A DNA stretch of 47,970 nt, the filler included, from Porpidia crustulata (taxonomy: Eukaryota): assembly GCA_964255105.1 (NCBI GenBank). It is 2 parts of 2 records of this genome, joined end to end, with 100 filler letters (N's around TTAATTAATTAA, not from the genome) between each part and the next. Parts side by side here need not be neighbours in the genome. Positions count along the whole stretch, not along the records: positions 24,065 to 47,970 come from CAXUWE010000066.1; 1 more part is not named here. One strand, 5' to 3'. Below the pieces are notes generated by a model. The model saw nothing but the letters and a program-made list of their open reading frames with translations, did not search any database and was not told the DNA's origin. How positions within the stretch are numbered: the stretch's first letter is position 1; each line of letters opens with the position of its first letter. Shown here one piece after another: positions 24,767 through 38,240 of the stretch. The position numbers and the translations under genes are program-made.

Positions 24767-26493
24767 TTACAAAGAACCAGTGGAATTGTACGATCGCCGT
24801 ACGTACCCCTCATCTTCCATTCCATCCCCTTCATCTTCCTCGTACGCCTTCACCATACCCTCCTGCTCATCCTGGCCCTCTCCCGCGAGCGTCTCCTCAT
24901 CGTCTATACTCTCACTCTGGGGCGTCCATGAGTGGTCGGCTTTGTGCACCAACCAGCCTGGATTCGACTGAAACCATCGGTCTATCTGCTCGAGACTCTT
25001 GCCTGCCGTTTCAACGATAAGGTAGTATACTATCGGTACAAACGCGGCGTTGAAGGTGGCGTAGATCAAGTAGAGGCCCCAGTGTAGGTAATGAATGCCA
25101 ATCGGGGTGGTCTGTACGACCACATAGTTGAACAGCCAATCCATTGCGGTTGCTAGAGCGGCGCCTTTGGTGCGCATACTCAAAGAATTGACCTCCGCTG
25201 GGTAGAGCCATGGAGTGGCGACCCATCCAAAGCCGAAAGCGAGAAAGTAAAGAGATATGCAGATTGTGGCTACGAGACCAGGGATCAACTTCGCACCATC
25301 GTCACCACCGATTTCAGTGCTAATAGCCACGCCGAGGAAGGCGATGGCTTGCGCTGCGGCCATGGACATGAGCAGGGGGCGGCGGCCAAGCTTTTCGATG
25401 AACATAACCGAGGTGGCGGTAGCAAGCATGAAACAGACGGCGTTGCCAGTCGCTAGGAGTCGAGCGGTGAGTTTGGAGAGGCCGACACTTTTGTGAAGGA
25501 CGAGGGGGAGGTAGTAACAGAGGACATTGATGCCGGTGAGTTGTTGGCTGGTGAATAATCAGTGGATGTGTAGAGCCAGGGACTTTCAGGGACATACCAG
25601 ACCTGAAGGAGCATCCCAAGCAACATTCTTCTCGTTGCCTGACCTCCTCTCAGGATCTGAGACCATGACGCCTGAACAGCCATCTCTTGTCGCACAGAAT
25701 CCCTAATCTTAATGAACTCGGCATCGCTTGCCTCTCCATCCAGAACAGCTAGCACGTTCTTTGCTTCTACTTCTCTCCCTCTCGCAAGCAGCCACCGAGG
25801 TGATTCTGGCAGCACGGGAACCATGCCAAGGATGATGACAATGAACAGCAGCTGAATTCCGAGGGGAAACCGCCATTGCGCCTCGGTCGTGATGCCACTG
25901 AAAGCCAAGGTAATGACATTGGATATGACAAAACCAAAGACATTCACCACCATCTCCTTGACTACGGCTTTGCCCTTGGCGCTCTGATGCGAGGTCTCAA
26001 CATGCCACACGGGCGCCGTGGCGGTATTGCCCCCATTTCCTATACCAGCTATGAATCTCCCCCAAAGGAGATGATTCATTGAGAAGGAAGCAGTCTGAGT
26101 TACGATCCCCACTGTCATGATAATGGTAAAGATAATGAGCATGCGCTTGCGACCCAGCCACTCGCCCACAAGCAACGCAGCCAACGCGCCGGCAAAGCAG
26201 CCCAAGTCGTAGACACTCGTGACGAATCCAGTCAGTGACGGCGAAGGATGGTTGAAATACTCTTGAAACTCATGACCAACAATGATGCCACCAAACACGC
26301 CTTGCTCGTATCCAAACAGGCACATTACCGTTCCGGCGGCGATGGATATGGCCGTGTGCAGGCGTTGACCTTCAAAGGCATGGTGAGATCTACGAGTGCC
26401 ATGTTTGATATCAAAAGGACTGGAGTGAGAGATCAAGCGAGAGGCGGAGCCAGGAGGTGCTTCATCCTCAACGTCGAGGCGTTGATATGACAT
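24767..26493 (-). CDS. Sugar porter (MFS Sugar_tr), Stl1-like; 2 exons
   Basis: LFGYEQGVFGG, GEWLGRKR, GRFIAGIGNG.NTATAPVW..E, QWRFPLGIQ, LPESPRWL, QQLTGINV..YYLP, IEKLGRRPL, PWLYPAEVN.L.MRTKG, ETAGKSLEQID. One intron at ~25597-25549. Confidence 0.92.
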
Positions 26494-27862
26494 TTTGGAT
26501 ATTGGTTTGTTTGGAGATGGTCCGGTGCGATGTAACGACAGAGTATATCTATCCCAGTGTTCCTCATTGCCGGTTCATCGATTCTACCCAGAATTCCTTT
26601 GTGACTACGTATTGTGATGAGGTGTGCTCGTGATTCTCTATGGTTAGTCCAAGAGATGGTGGTGGTCAGGCAGAAGACTGAGTAAGAAGAAGGGCTGGAT
26701 GTCAGAAGAAGAAGAAGCGGCTGACACTCGGCACCTCGGTGATTTCCGAGACAAGCATAGCCTTCCCGCTCCCGTGCTAGTCTAGCCTAATACGTTTCGT
26801 CTATAAATACATCTTTCCGGATTCAGCCTTCCATCAGACTTTCATCTCATGTCGGGTATGTGCAGAAGAACACATAGATTGATTATGACGGTGTCAAGAT
26901 TATCTACTTGTGGAAGAAGGTTTTCAAGGCGTATCATTGGACTCTAAGCAGTCGTCAGGACAGTTCACGCTGTCGAGGTGGATAAGCATTCAAGCGGCTT
27001 CGTCTTAGTCACTGAAGCCACGTAGAAAGCGTAAAGTGTCCTTGCTCGCTGTCAATAACGCTAGTGATCACCTCTACTCTCTTGGCCTCGATGCCTATCG
27101 TCAGACAAAAATATTTCAAACATACAATCGTTTTACTTTTCGCATCTCATATAAATACAGCTTGTGAAAGGTGGTCAGCTAGAGAGAAGACCCATCCTAC
27201 CGGCTTTTTGTACCTATGCAACCTTGACAAGATAGTGTAATGAATATTTAACGAGCAATGCTCCAATACCTACTAAATACTATGGGAGACGATAAAGATT
27301 TTCTTGCAAAAAGTCCTCGCGCGATGTGACTCTGTCCCTAAGTCTTGCGAGCAAACTTATTTTAGAGATATAGATGGTTGATGTAATTTTACGAGAGAAT
27401 ATAGCTTTCAGTCAGGTTTGGACGTGAATCGGGGTGGTGAAGTAGGACTACTCCTTTGCGGAGATATCATACTACTGCTTGCCATAAGTGCAGCTGTCCC
27501 TACTAACTGTGACATTCCAGTGGCAGTCATTCCGTTGCCTCTCCGAGAGACGGTTCAGCTGAGCCGCAAAATAAGAAGAGAAAGCAGTAGGACACTGTTG
27601 TCTGGATGATACAGCTAGCGACCACAATGAGAAAGAACTAATTCAAATCGAGATAGAAAAGAGCGTTGACAGTCATACTTGATGTCAAATAGAGGCCTCT
27701 CGGCGTCAGAACATCTTTTCAGTAGTACAGAATTAGGTACATAGAAAGAAGGGGTATCTTTGAATGAGTCTCCGGAAAACTCCGCAAATCATAGGTCTGC
27801 GCTCTTCATGCTCCCTGAACCCTAGGGGAAATTTCAATGGACTATACATGGTTCCAAGTTTC

Positions 27863-30800
27863 CTACTTCCCCGACCGGGTGAGTTCCCTCATGGCTCGCT
27901 TCATCCCCTCAAGACGGTAACGCTCCCTCACGACTGTACGTTCGGCCAATGCGCGGATCGCCCTTTTCCCAAGTTTAACATGAAGATCTTGCCATGACGC
28001 CAATTCACCCGCAACAACCTGCTGCGTGTACGTCAGTTCGCAAGCGACCCCGCGTAGCTCCTCACGGCTTTTCTCCGCCCTGGCTTCTGCGTCCGCATGT
28101 ATGCCTTTTCGAGTCTCGTCAAGCAGACCAAGCGGCCATCGGTCCGAGCGACGTAGTGAGTTGGTATGCCGGTCCATGGCTTTTTGAATGGTCAGGAGAG
28201 ATGTGATTAGAGAGTGCGGCCGGGCAAGGGAGGAAAGCATGGCGAAAATCGTGGATGAAATGGCCTGAAGATCTTGGTGGAAGAGTTTATATGGGTCAGA
28301 TTCGAAATAGCAATGACAAGCAGCATATCTTGTGAATGCCGAAGTGTAGGATGGCGGAAGGAAGGTACATGTGCGCAATGATTCGTCACATAGATCGAGA
28401 GCAGATGATAAGTCTACGAGATACGTCAACTAGTGGAATCGGATTCGAGAGGCAAAACTTACCTAAAGAGGTGTTCAGTATGTTGGTGACCCTCCGCACC
28501 ACACTTCTTGTAGAATGATTGACTCCTCGGATCGATTCCCGGGCGTGCTCGACAAAGACCTCTACCTCTCTCACATCTTCGATAGGCTCGTACTCTTCTT
28601 TGACCTTTTCTAGACGAATAGCTGCCTTTTTCCTACTACGCTCAGCCATCATCTCTGGCTGGATTTCAGGAAATAAAACAAATTCCCATAAAAGCTCATG
28701 TGTCGAAAAGGTAGAATGGGCCAGCATTATCTTAAGAAACTTGTCCAGCCGTGCTTGGATATCCTGCAACGCTGCCCTGGAAGGTCGTGATGCAATCTGG
28801 AAAGGTGATCTGAAGTCGAAGATTGATGGAAGCCAAGAAGCAGGGTGTTCGACGGACAGCCACTTTGCCAGATTCTCAAAGTCTGTCAATGACCTTCGAC
28901 ACGTAGTCACACCGATCATGCCATTGTCATTACGGACTGCAGACTTGATAATGAGACGTATGGATGCATCTTCAACGAAGAACGATCTGACAACCGCAGT
29001 GACTCGGCCATCTGCAGCAGGAACATTAGAGACGAGTACCATATCATCAATTCGATTTCGAACCTCGTCGTCCTTTGCGAGCTCGACAGCCGTCATACCT
29101 CTAAGCTCTTTGGCCGAGATGTCGACTCTTTTATCGCCAAAGAATGCCCTTACCAGGTCAACTCGGCCATACTTGCTAGCCACCATCAATGGAGTGAAGC
29201 GCTTATCGTTCGCAGCGTTGGCATCAGAATCGCAGTGACGCAAGACTCTCACAGCTAGAGAAGGATCGCTGACAACATGCAGTAACGTATTACCTTTGGC
29301 ATCTACGTGTTCGTCTACATGCAGAGGCTGGCCGTCATCCTGCTCGAGTGTTGCAAACTGCAGAGCATCATTGACCATCTCTAGATAATTGGGATGATCG
29401 TACGATCTGCATAGTGCCAATAAAGGCGTTTGACCATTCTTGTCCTTTAGTCTCCAAGGCAGAACGTTACCAAACCTTGAGATGAGATCAGGCGCATTGA
29501 AGAGATAATGCGCTACCGTCCGACCTCGAATATCGGCTCTTCTAAGATAGTCCGTGACCACTTGTCTATCTCTCGCCTGGAGCACGTACTGCAGGATGAT
29601 CTCAATGAGATCTTCATGTGCCAGTTGTACTGCTGCGCTCAGCAAAGTAGTTCCCTCTCCATTGGAATCTTCGAAGATGAATTTGGTGGGGAAGTATTTT
29701 TCAAGAGTGAGAAGGTAGTAAAGTACTTCCGGCTGATTGGATTCTATTGCCATCATAAGCACAGAATCTCCGAAGGAGTCCTGAGTCTGAGAAAGGGTCT
29801 CGATAGAAAGATCACCTTCGATTGCACTTGCTCTAGAGTCGATAGTTGTGGTGCGAGACTTGAAAGAGATGTCAGATGATATCGACAGACTCCTCACATC
29901 CATAGAAACACGTTTAATCTTGCGAACAGCAGGCGTGCTCCGAGTCGTGCTTATAAGGTCTGCCTGGAAGGGAAATACGTGTGCAAGTGTTGAGTCTTCA
30001 GGCGTAGTTGCGACGGTGGTGGAAGCTTGAGATAAATCATCGTCACCATTCATGAAGCTCTCTTCCAGGCCCCCGTCTCGCCCCTGGGTGCTGTCATCGT
30101 TCTCGTCGATCAGCGCGCCCTCTTCATCTTCCTTTTGCATGTTCCCAACAATTCGGCCTCCTGAGGATGCTTGGCCGGGCTCTAGGATGGCCCTAACCTC
30201 AGCTATCTCGCCTTTTTTTGTAGCTTGCCAAAGCCGCTGGTTTCTCTTGCTTGCTTTCCTGAGATCACCTGAGTCCGTGACCAAATAAGACAAAACAGCC
30301 TCAAAGGTACTTAATGCATATCCAACTTCACCACTTTCCACATCATCAATGAATACAAAATTACGCATGTAAACTAACCTAGCCTGAAGATGGCGGACTT
30401 GAGACCGAATTACCACGACCAGTAACAGAGACACCAGAGTATCAGCATTCATCATCGGTGCGGGTCTAGGCTTCTCCGAGGTAGTTCGATCAACGTCCCC
30501 AGTTTGATATTTCATAGCTCCGCTTGGATCTGGGTCGGTTCTGGCTACCAGTTTTTGTGTTTTGAGTAAGATATCCACCATTTCCTGAGGACTTCCAGCG
30601 ACGCCAAGCTTTCGGAACTCTTCAATTCCTTGCTCTAGCTGTTTCATAAGCAGCTCTTTCCCCCTTCTTCCATCCTCAATCTCAATTCCCATTTGCGCTA
30701 TGTCGATATGCTCCATTTGGTGAATTCGCGACTCAAGCTCAAGATCTTGCAACTTTCTGCTGTTGCATAGTAATGGAAATATGGATGAATTGTGAAGCTG

Positions 30801-31891
30801 CTCTGTGATGTACCGCTCGATAAGGCGCTCAACCACAGGACCTGTGAGATCGGTGCTAGTTCCAAGGAACGATAATTGTTGTTTATCAACAAGCTGAAAA
30901 AGGTCGATTGCTGCAGAAACGGCATTGTCTAATACCCGACGTGCGAAGTCTTCATCTTCATCCACCCGTATAGTCGTCTCCGAAGGCGCCTTAACATGAC
31001 CGTTGGAAAATCTGCTGTTTATTGATCCACTACTTCCAGACCTTGACGAGGAATTCGAGGGTCTCCTCTTCAAGCCTTTGGACAATGGCTGCGACCGAGC
31101 CGAAGGAATTCGTCCACTCATCGCTTTGTCGAAGTCCTTGAAAACTTTCTCGAGACCGGGTTGCATCTGCCTTGCAATCATGGGGAAACTATTGAGAAGT
31201 TCGTTGAAGGATTTCACGCCCTTCTTGTTCTGGGACGCGGATCCACTATCAAAGGTAACATTGGGAGATTCTCCTCCTGGACGGGGTGCATTCCTAAACC
31301 CAGCATAGATACCAGGAAGAGTCGCCGGTGTGATTTTGATTGGCTCGAACGACCCGACCAAGGGTCTCGATATATAGTATACCAGCCACTGTTGCGCATC
31401 GAGGTTATTTGGATAGTAAAGTACATCGCTGAGCAATTGCGCCTGGTTAAGATTTCTGAAGCCTACTGTCGCGTTAATTCAGCCTAGACATCCTGGAGAA
31501 GCCTTGGGTTGGTACCTTTGTTGCTGTAAACAAATGACTCCTTGACTATTACAGTCCGTCCATTGATAGTAGTGAATTGCTTCGCCTTTCCACGACTGTC
31601 TCGAACACCACCCGTTCCAGCTCCCGGTGCCGCCGGAGCAATACGCAGTACATGACTAGCCAAAAATTCTTCTGAGCCAGCTAGCTCAGTGTATGGGGTA
31701 TTCGTCTCGCGGTCCTTGGAGGTGAGGAGTGTCTCGGTGGTGGGGACCAGCAGGATCTTGATTGATGTCAGTCCACGTCTAGTTCTTCTGCGTGCTTAGT
31801 AGGTCATGCTCACGTGCTGATGGACAGGGTTGCATTGGGTCGGAAGAGTGCTCCTGAAGAAGGCACGTAAGAAGGGATTAAGAGAGTGCAT
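27863..31891 (-). CDS. VRL1: VPS9-domain / ankyrin-repeat / PX-domain protein (UPF0507, Vrl1/VARP-like Rab GEF)
   Basis: Start MHSLNPFL.AFF at 31891, ILLVPTT, VPS9 core (NADTLVSLLLVVVIRS...GE.GYALSTFEAVL), ankyrin repeats (GQTPL, GNTLLH, FTPLMVASKYGR), PX-like RRSL.DF..L..WL..EHP.SWLP and a C-terminal helical region. Three introns. Confidence 0.88.
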
Positions 31892-32283
31892 TCATTCAAA
31901 GCTCGGCTACGGGAGCTGTCTACAGCGTAGCCCATTCGTGGCCCGGGTGATATATGAATAAGACTCTCCTGCTGTCGCTGCGATGGGTTAATTCAAGAGA
32001 AGGTCAAGATGAAGATGTCGGTGCCTGAGTAGCTTTGTGATAAATTTCCTTTAAGAACAATAGAGCTAAAGTTTCTTCCATAATGAGCAAAATTGACATG
32101 TGAATGGGGGCGCCCTGTTTCGACATTTGTGCAAGCTTCAAAGAATCTTATCGGCCTCCGTAATCTATATCAGCCCTGTACAATGGCTAGCTCTCACGCT
32201 TTCTACCACAATGTTGACAACCTTTTCTACTCGTCGCTGTCGAGTGAACATGCGCCGCAAGCTGAAGCTCAGTCTCTGATGTC
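31892..32283. promoter_or_regulatory. Short bidirectional promoter region between the VPS9 gene and HIR1
   Basis: Only 392 bp separate the two divergent ATGs; individual sites were not identified. Confidence 0.5.
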
Positions 32284-35200
32284 ATGCGCTTCATTCGGCC
32301 CGTGTGGCTCACTCATAGCGGAGAGAAGAAGGATCATGAGGTTTATAGCTGTCACGTGTCGCCCGACGGCAAGAGGCTTGTCACTGCTGCTGGGGGTGAG
32401 ACTCCGATCCTGTAGGTGATATTTCAAGCTGACAGGGTAATCGTAGATGGCCACGTTCGTATCTGGTCGACCGAGGCCATCTACAATGCCGCTGATCCCA
32501 ACTTCACAAAGCCCAAGCAGCTAGCTCACATGAGCTACCATTCTGGTACTATACACACGGTGCGCTTCTCACCCAATGGGCGGTTCTTAGCTTCGGGGGC
32601 CGACGACAAGATCGTCTGTGTATACACACTGGATCCTAACCCACCGTCACACTCGGCAACGTTTGGTGCGTATGCCCTGAAATACTTACATGAAGGAGCT
32701 CTCGGAAAGCAGAATACTGATAGAGAGAATAGGAACCGATGAGGCTCCTCCTATAGAGAATTGGCGCATATTCCGAAGACTGATTGGCCACGACAACGAT
32801 GTTCAAGATCTGGGCTGGTCCTACGATTCCTCTATCCTCGTATCTGTTGGGCTGGATTCGAAGGTTGTTGTTTGGTCGGGCCATACCTTCGAAAAGCTGA
32901 AAACAATCTCTAGCCACCAAAGTCATGTCAAAGGTCTCACGTTTGATCCCGCCAATAAATACTTTGCAACAGCGAGCGACGACCGGACAATAAAGGTTTG
33001 GCGCTTTACACCCCCAGGCCCAAACTCTACTTCTCATGACCAGATGAACAATTTCGTCCTCGAGAAAACTATAAGTGCACCGTTCGTTGCGTCTCCGTTG
33101 ACTACATACTTCCGGCGATGCTCATGGTCGCCAGACGGCAACCACATTGCAGCGGCGAATGCCGTCAACGGCCCTGTCAGCTCCGTCGCTATCATAAACC
33201 GTGGGACGTGGGACGGCGATATCAATCTGATAGGCCACGAGGGTCCAGTGGAAGTCTGCGCGTTCTCTCCAAGATTGTTTTCCAAATCGCCCCTAATCAA
33301 AGTCCCTATAGACGCCAAAGGGCACGCTCTACAGCACTTGGTGACTGTCATCGCATGCGCAGGCCAGGACAAAGCCCTGAGCGTATGGATTACAAGCAAT
33401 CCAAGGCCACTGGTCATAACCCAGGATCTAGCAGTAAAATCGATATCTGACCTTGCTTGGACCCCAGATGGTAAGACACTTTTCGCCACTAGCTTGGATG
33501 GAAGTATAGTTGCCGTTGCTTTTGAAAGTAGCGAGCTAGGTTATGAAGTAGGTTTGGAGGAAAATGAGAAATCTCTTGCCAGATACGGAGCTGGTAGAAG
33601 AGGTGCAGGCATCATAGAGGGTACCGGAAGCTTGCTACTTGAAGAGAAGAGTCGCGAAGGCGAGATTCGAGGTGCTGAGGGCCGTATGGGGGCCCTCATG
33701 GGAGACACTAATGCTGCGCAAGAGTCCCAAAGAGTCGTAACAAACGGCAACGGGCCACCAGCTCAAGCGCCAAATGGACTTACCAATGGTCTAGCCGCGC
33801 CTTTAGAGTCTAGGAACGGCCAAAGCAGAGATCCAGATGTCGAGCAAGTAGAGGCTTCCACAGCAAAGCCTAAGGTACAGGAAGATGCGAATGCAGCGAA
33901 ACTTGAAAGACTGAAACAACGAGTGACGATTACCAAGGATGGTAAGAAACGTATAGCACCTCTTCTTGTATCATCCTCTGCTGCGCAAGAATCCTCACTC
34001 CCTCGGGCACAATTGATGTCAGCCTCAACTAACGCGCATGGCTCCCTGAATGATGGCCCTCAAACAATCCTTGATCTATCAAAACCTTTCGACGGCCTAC
34101 CTAAAGGTGGCCTCGCAGCACTTCTCCTTGGTAATAAACGAAAGCTAGCGCCACTGGAAGGTGCCGAGGATGGTCACATCGACAAGAAGCTTGCTATCGC
34201 TGGAAAAGATGGTGCAGTCCCTGTCATGGTAAACACCGTAGAGGGTATTGTACCTGCTCATCAAGTCCCTCCGCTCATGGGTCAGCTACCTACGCCCACT
34301 TTCATTCGCCCAGCAGTTGCAAATCCAAGTTTGATGGTGAGTCAAGTAAGACTGGCGGTGCCAAAAGTGCGGTCCCTTATACAACAAGCATACGGGGCGA
34401 CCGGTCCAGCTCAGAAGACAGGTCTTCCAATCAATGGCTCCAACAGTGATAGCGCAGTGCAGAATGCCGCAACTCTGCCAGACATTGTAATCGAGGCACG
34501 CAATCCCAGCCATCTGCCAGTCACCGGCCGGCCACAAGACCAGGAACCATGCAGAATAACGGTGACCAAGCGAGGTCAACCTGTGTGGCAAGACTTCTTA
34601 CCAAGAAGCGCTCTCCTTGTCACGGGTAATACGGACTTCTGGTCAGTGGCTTGCGAGGATGGTAGTCTTTACGCGTGGACTCCAATGGGGCGAAGGCTAA
34701 TTAACGCACTGATCCTCGAAAGCCAACCTGTAATACTTGAGTGCAAAGGACAGTGGCTACTTTGCATAACTGCTGTTGGGATGTGCTACGTATGGGATAT
34801 GAAAATTCTTTCCTCGCCTCACCCTCCTGTCTCTTTGGCTCCAGTATTGGATATTGCGGTTTACAGTTTGCAAGACCATACCACCAAGGCTCCCTCTGTC
34901 ACTTCTGCACGTGTGAATTCTGAAGGTCGTATTATAGTGACGCTTTCTAATGGCGATGGCTATGCCTACTCGCCATCCATGTACACATGGCAACGGCTGT
35001 CTGAGCTATGGTGGGCTGTAGGAAGTCAATACTGGAATAGCACAGATTCGTCAGTTGGTAATCTTCGGCCTTCATCCACAAAGAACCCGAGTGGATCCGA
35101 CCCATCAAGCATCTCGGCGGGGATCATACCCTTTCTAGAGCGCAGTACCACAAGCGAGACTCTTGTCAAAGGAAGGGCTTACATACTCCAGCGGCTTATC

Positions 35201-35690
35201 AAGCAACTCCTGTCACGCGAGGGTTTTGAAGGATTCGAATCCAGTGTGTCGGTGGGCCACCTTGAGAACCGAATAGCTGCAGCCATGATGTTAGGAGCCA
35301 AGGACGAGTTTCAAGTGTATTTATATATGTATGCGAAGAGGATAGGGGCCGAGGGATTGAAGGCAAAGGTTGAGGAGCTGCTTCGAGGACTGCTAGGTGG
35401 CATCCACGAGGGCGTTGGCGAAGATAGGGAGTCCGAAGACGTTCCGGCCAGGAACGCCGAGGACCGCCACTGGAGCAACTCAAGCGACCTCTTATGTGGT
35501 TGGCCTAGGAGAGAGCTGTTGAAGGGTACTGTCCTAATCCTTGGTACTTACTGAATTCGTGATTGTTCAAGGATAATTCTAATCTGAGACAGGTAAAAAT
35601 CGAGATCTACAAAGGATCACTGTACCGTACGCCAAGGTGCTTGAAGTTACAGAAGATCGTGTTCCGAGCGAATATTCAATGGTGTCGTAG
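32284..35690 (+). CDS. HIR1: HIR complex subunit Hir1 (HIRA histone H3-H4 chaperone); 4 exons
   Basis: MRFIRPVWLTHSG..KD.EVYSCHVSPDG.RL.TA, WD40 repeats (GHDNDVQDLGWS, HQSHVKG.TFDPANKYFATASDDRT, FRRCSWSPDG), HIRA B motif KQRVTITKDGKKRIAP.L, C-terminal HLENRI and RDLQRI; TAG at 35688-35690. Confidence 0.96.
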
Positions 35691-36487
35691 TCGCAGTCCC
35701 GGCCCCGGTTTTGTCACAGGTATGGCGTTATATACCCTTGGAGAATGATGAACGATTGCATGTGAAGGTGGCTATGATCTTACTGTAATCTAAATATCCA
35801 GTTCGTTGGTCGTGGACAAGCATGATGCAAGCAATGTTCTTGCTATTCTACCGTTGCACGTACTGTAAAGGAATCGTGAGCTACAGATTGATATCGGAGA
35901 TTGGCTTATCGTCAACGACGCTCACAAATTTGGAATCGTACGTCGGTGGCTATCTCCCTCATGCTCGGACTAAGTGTGGTGCCAGGTCCAAGACCTCATC
36001 TCAGAGCTGTTTTGAGAACTTTGTGCAGGTGATTGACCCCTTTGTTATTTAGTCTTTCCGTGTTTGAACAATAAGCACCCCAGCAACGTGGCATTCAAAG
36101 CAATGCTCACAATCTCCATATATTGACAACAACTCTCACAATTCCTAACGAGCAGCAGCCTTGATGTGTCATTCCCTGCGACTGTGAGCTCGAGTTGCTA
36201 CTTTGGGAAAGCCCAATATCAGCCGAGCGGAAGGGTTCCGCGGAGTGTTAACACGAGGTGAACGAAGTGAAGAGAAATTGCCTTTTCGTACTTTCCTCCT
36301 TTGCTTTTCCTCTCATCTACTCCGTCTATTCCGTTAGCCTTGCTAATTGCACGTTGCCGTATACCAATGCACACTCGTTTGACACTGCCCTCTGTAGGCC
36401 ATTGACTCGCATGCGAAAGAGATTGGACGATTTGACCCACACTGCTCCATCGTCGGGCAAGGTTGCGTATCGGTCCTGTAGCTCAGT

Positions 36488-38240
36488 ATGGGTTTCCTAG
36501 AGTCTACGGTATGGCGGCTGTTCAACTCTCCAACGAGAGACCCGTTTATAGATAAATCGCCAAAGCTGCTCGCAAAGCCGTCGCAGGCGCCCATCTCAAG
36601 GTTTTCGCTACCATCGCACTCATCGTCATCCTCCTCCTCAACAAGCTCGCTGTCGTCCTCGTCCACCTTCTGGATGTCTCCAAAGGTTCCATCGCGATGG
36701 TCGCCAACCAGATACTTGCCAACTAGCTTTCGCAGTGCCGTCTCCAAGAGGCAAATAGCGGTTTTGATATGCGTTGTGCTTGCTCTGATGGTTTGGGTAT
36801 TACCTCCGCCATCTTCTTGGAGTAACCATCAAGTCGTTCATATCACAATTTCACAACCGGCGTCCAGCCCATACCAAGTACTACGTCCTGTCGTCCAGAC
36901 TACAAAGAAACACGCTCCCGATCCCCTGCGTTGGCTGGCTCATAATGCCCAGAACAGGTATGCAGTGCAGCCTGGCTCGAACGTCGTCAGTACTGTGCCA
37001 AACTTTGGTCAAGCCTCCTCTCGGCCTCGTGCTGCTCTCATAAGCCTTGTCCGTAACTCAGAACTCCCAGGGCTGGTGCAGAGCATGCGCCAGCTGGAAT
37101 TCCATTGGAACCGCAAATACCAGTACCCATGGATTTTCTTCAATGATGAGCCTTTCAGTGATGAATTCAAAGTAAGACGACTATGTGCTCGAGTATGTTT
37201 TGACTAACGTGCGATTAGGCGGCTACACAAAACCTTACATCGGCCAAGTGTTACTATGAAGTGGTGCCTCAAGATCATTGGTCGTTACCAGACTGGATTG
37301 ACGAGGGTCGATTCATGAATAGCCTTGAGTTCTTGGGAGCCATTGGCGTCGGCAAAGGCTGGATGATCAGTTACCGGCATATGTGTCGCTGGAACAGCGG
37401 CTTCTTTTATAAGCATCCACGCCTCAAGGACTTTGACTGGTACTGGCGGGTGGAGCCTGATGTACGTACTACTTTTGACAGATGACAGTCTACCTGACCA
37501 TCATAATCTTTAGGTCCATTTCTTCTGTGACATCGACTATGACGTCTTCCGCTTCATGCGCGATAATAATATGAAGTATGGGTTCAACATGAACATACTC
37601 GACGACGCTCGCTCCTTTCCTTCCCTTTGGTCTCGAACCCGATCCTTCATCAACGCACATCCAGAGCTCATCAACCCGGAGGCAGATCTTGACTGGCTAC
37701 TAGACGCGCATAATAATGGTGATTACAATAACTGCCAGTTCTTCTCCAATTTTGAAATTGGTGATCTCAATTATTTCCGTGGTGAAGCGAACGAGATGTA
37801 CTTCAACTGGCTGGATAGAGGTGGAGGATTCTATTACGAAAGATTCGGTGATGCGCCCATTCATACTTTGAGCGTTGCAATGTTTGTTCCGAAATCCGAA
37901 ATATGGTTCTTCCGCGATATTGGATACCAGCACGATATCAATAGGTAGGTCTCTGTGAAGCGTCGAGGTTCGCCCTCTGACTATCAACTAATTGTCTTCC
38001 AGACACTGCCCCCCACAATCATCGAATCGTTGCTCCTGCGAACCTACATCCATTGACGAGAACTTCTACCGTCTTGTGCCGCTAGAGTCACCTCAGAAAA
38101 AGCCGGATGATACCTGTATACGTCAGTTTCTCGGGGGAGACTGGCTGAAGAAGAAGGCAGGGTGGAGCCAGGAGGGGGAGAAGATGTTTGGCAGCGATGG
38201 GTACCATGGGTATGAAATTGGAGGACTAGAGACGACGTAA
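36488..38240 (+). CDS. GT15 alpha-1,2-mannosyltransferase (KRE2/KTR family); 4 exons
   Basis: Type II TM (IAVLICVVLALMVWV), A.LISLVRNSEL, FNDEPF...FK, SYRHMCRWNSGFFY.HP, YWRVEPD|VHFFCDIDYD, NCQFFSNFEI, GGFYYERFGDAPIH, FRDIGYQH. Confidence 0.93.

Noticed and set aside
28519..29238. 239-aa plus-strand ORF, and similar antisense ORFs within GH47, HIR1 and the MFS gene
   Set aside because: They lie antisense to well-supported genes and show no independent motifs.
540..38240. GH47 mannosidase and GT15 mannosyltransferase as a glycosylation cluster
   Set aside because: They are 34 kb apart, on opposite sides of an assembly gap, with unrelated genes between them.
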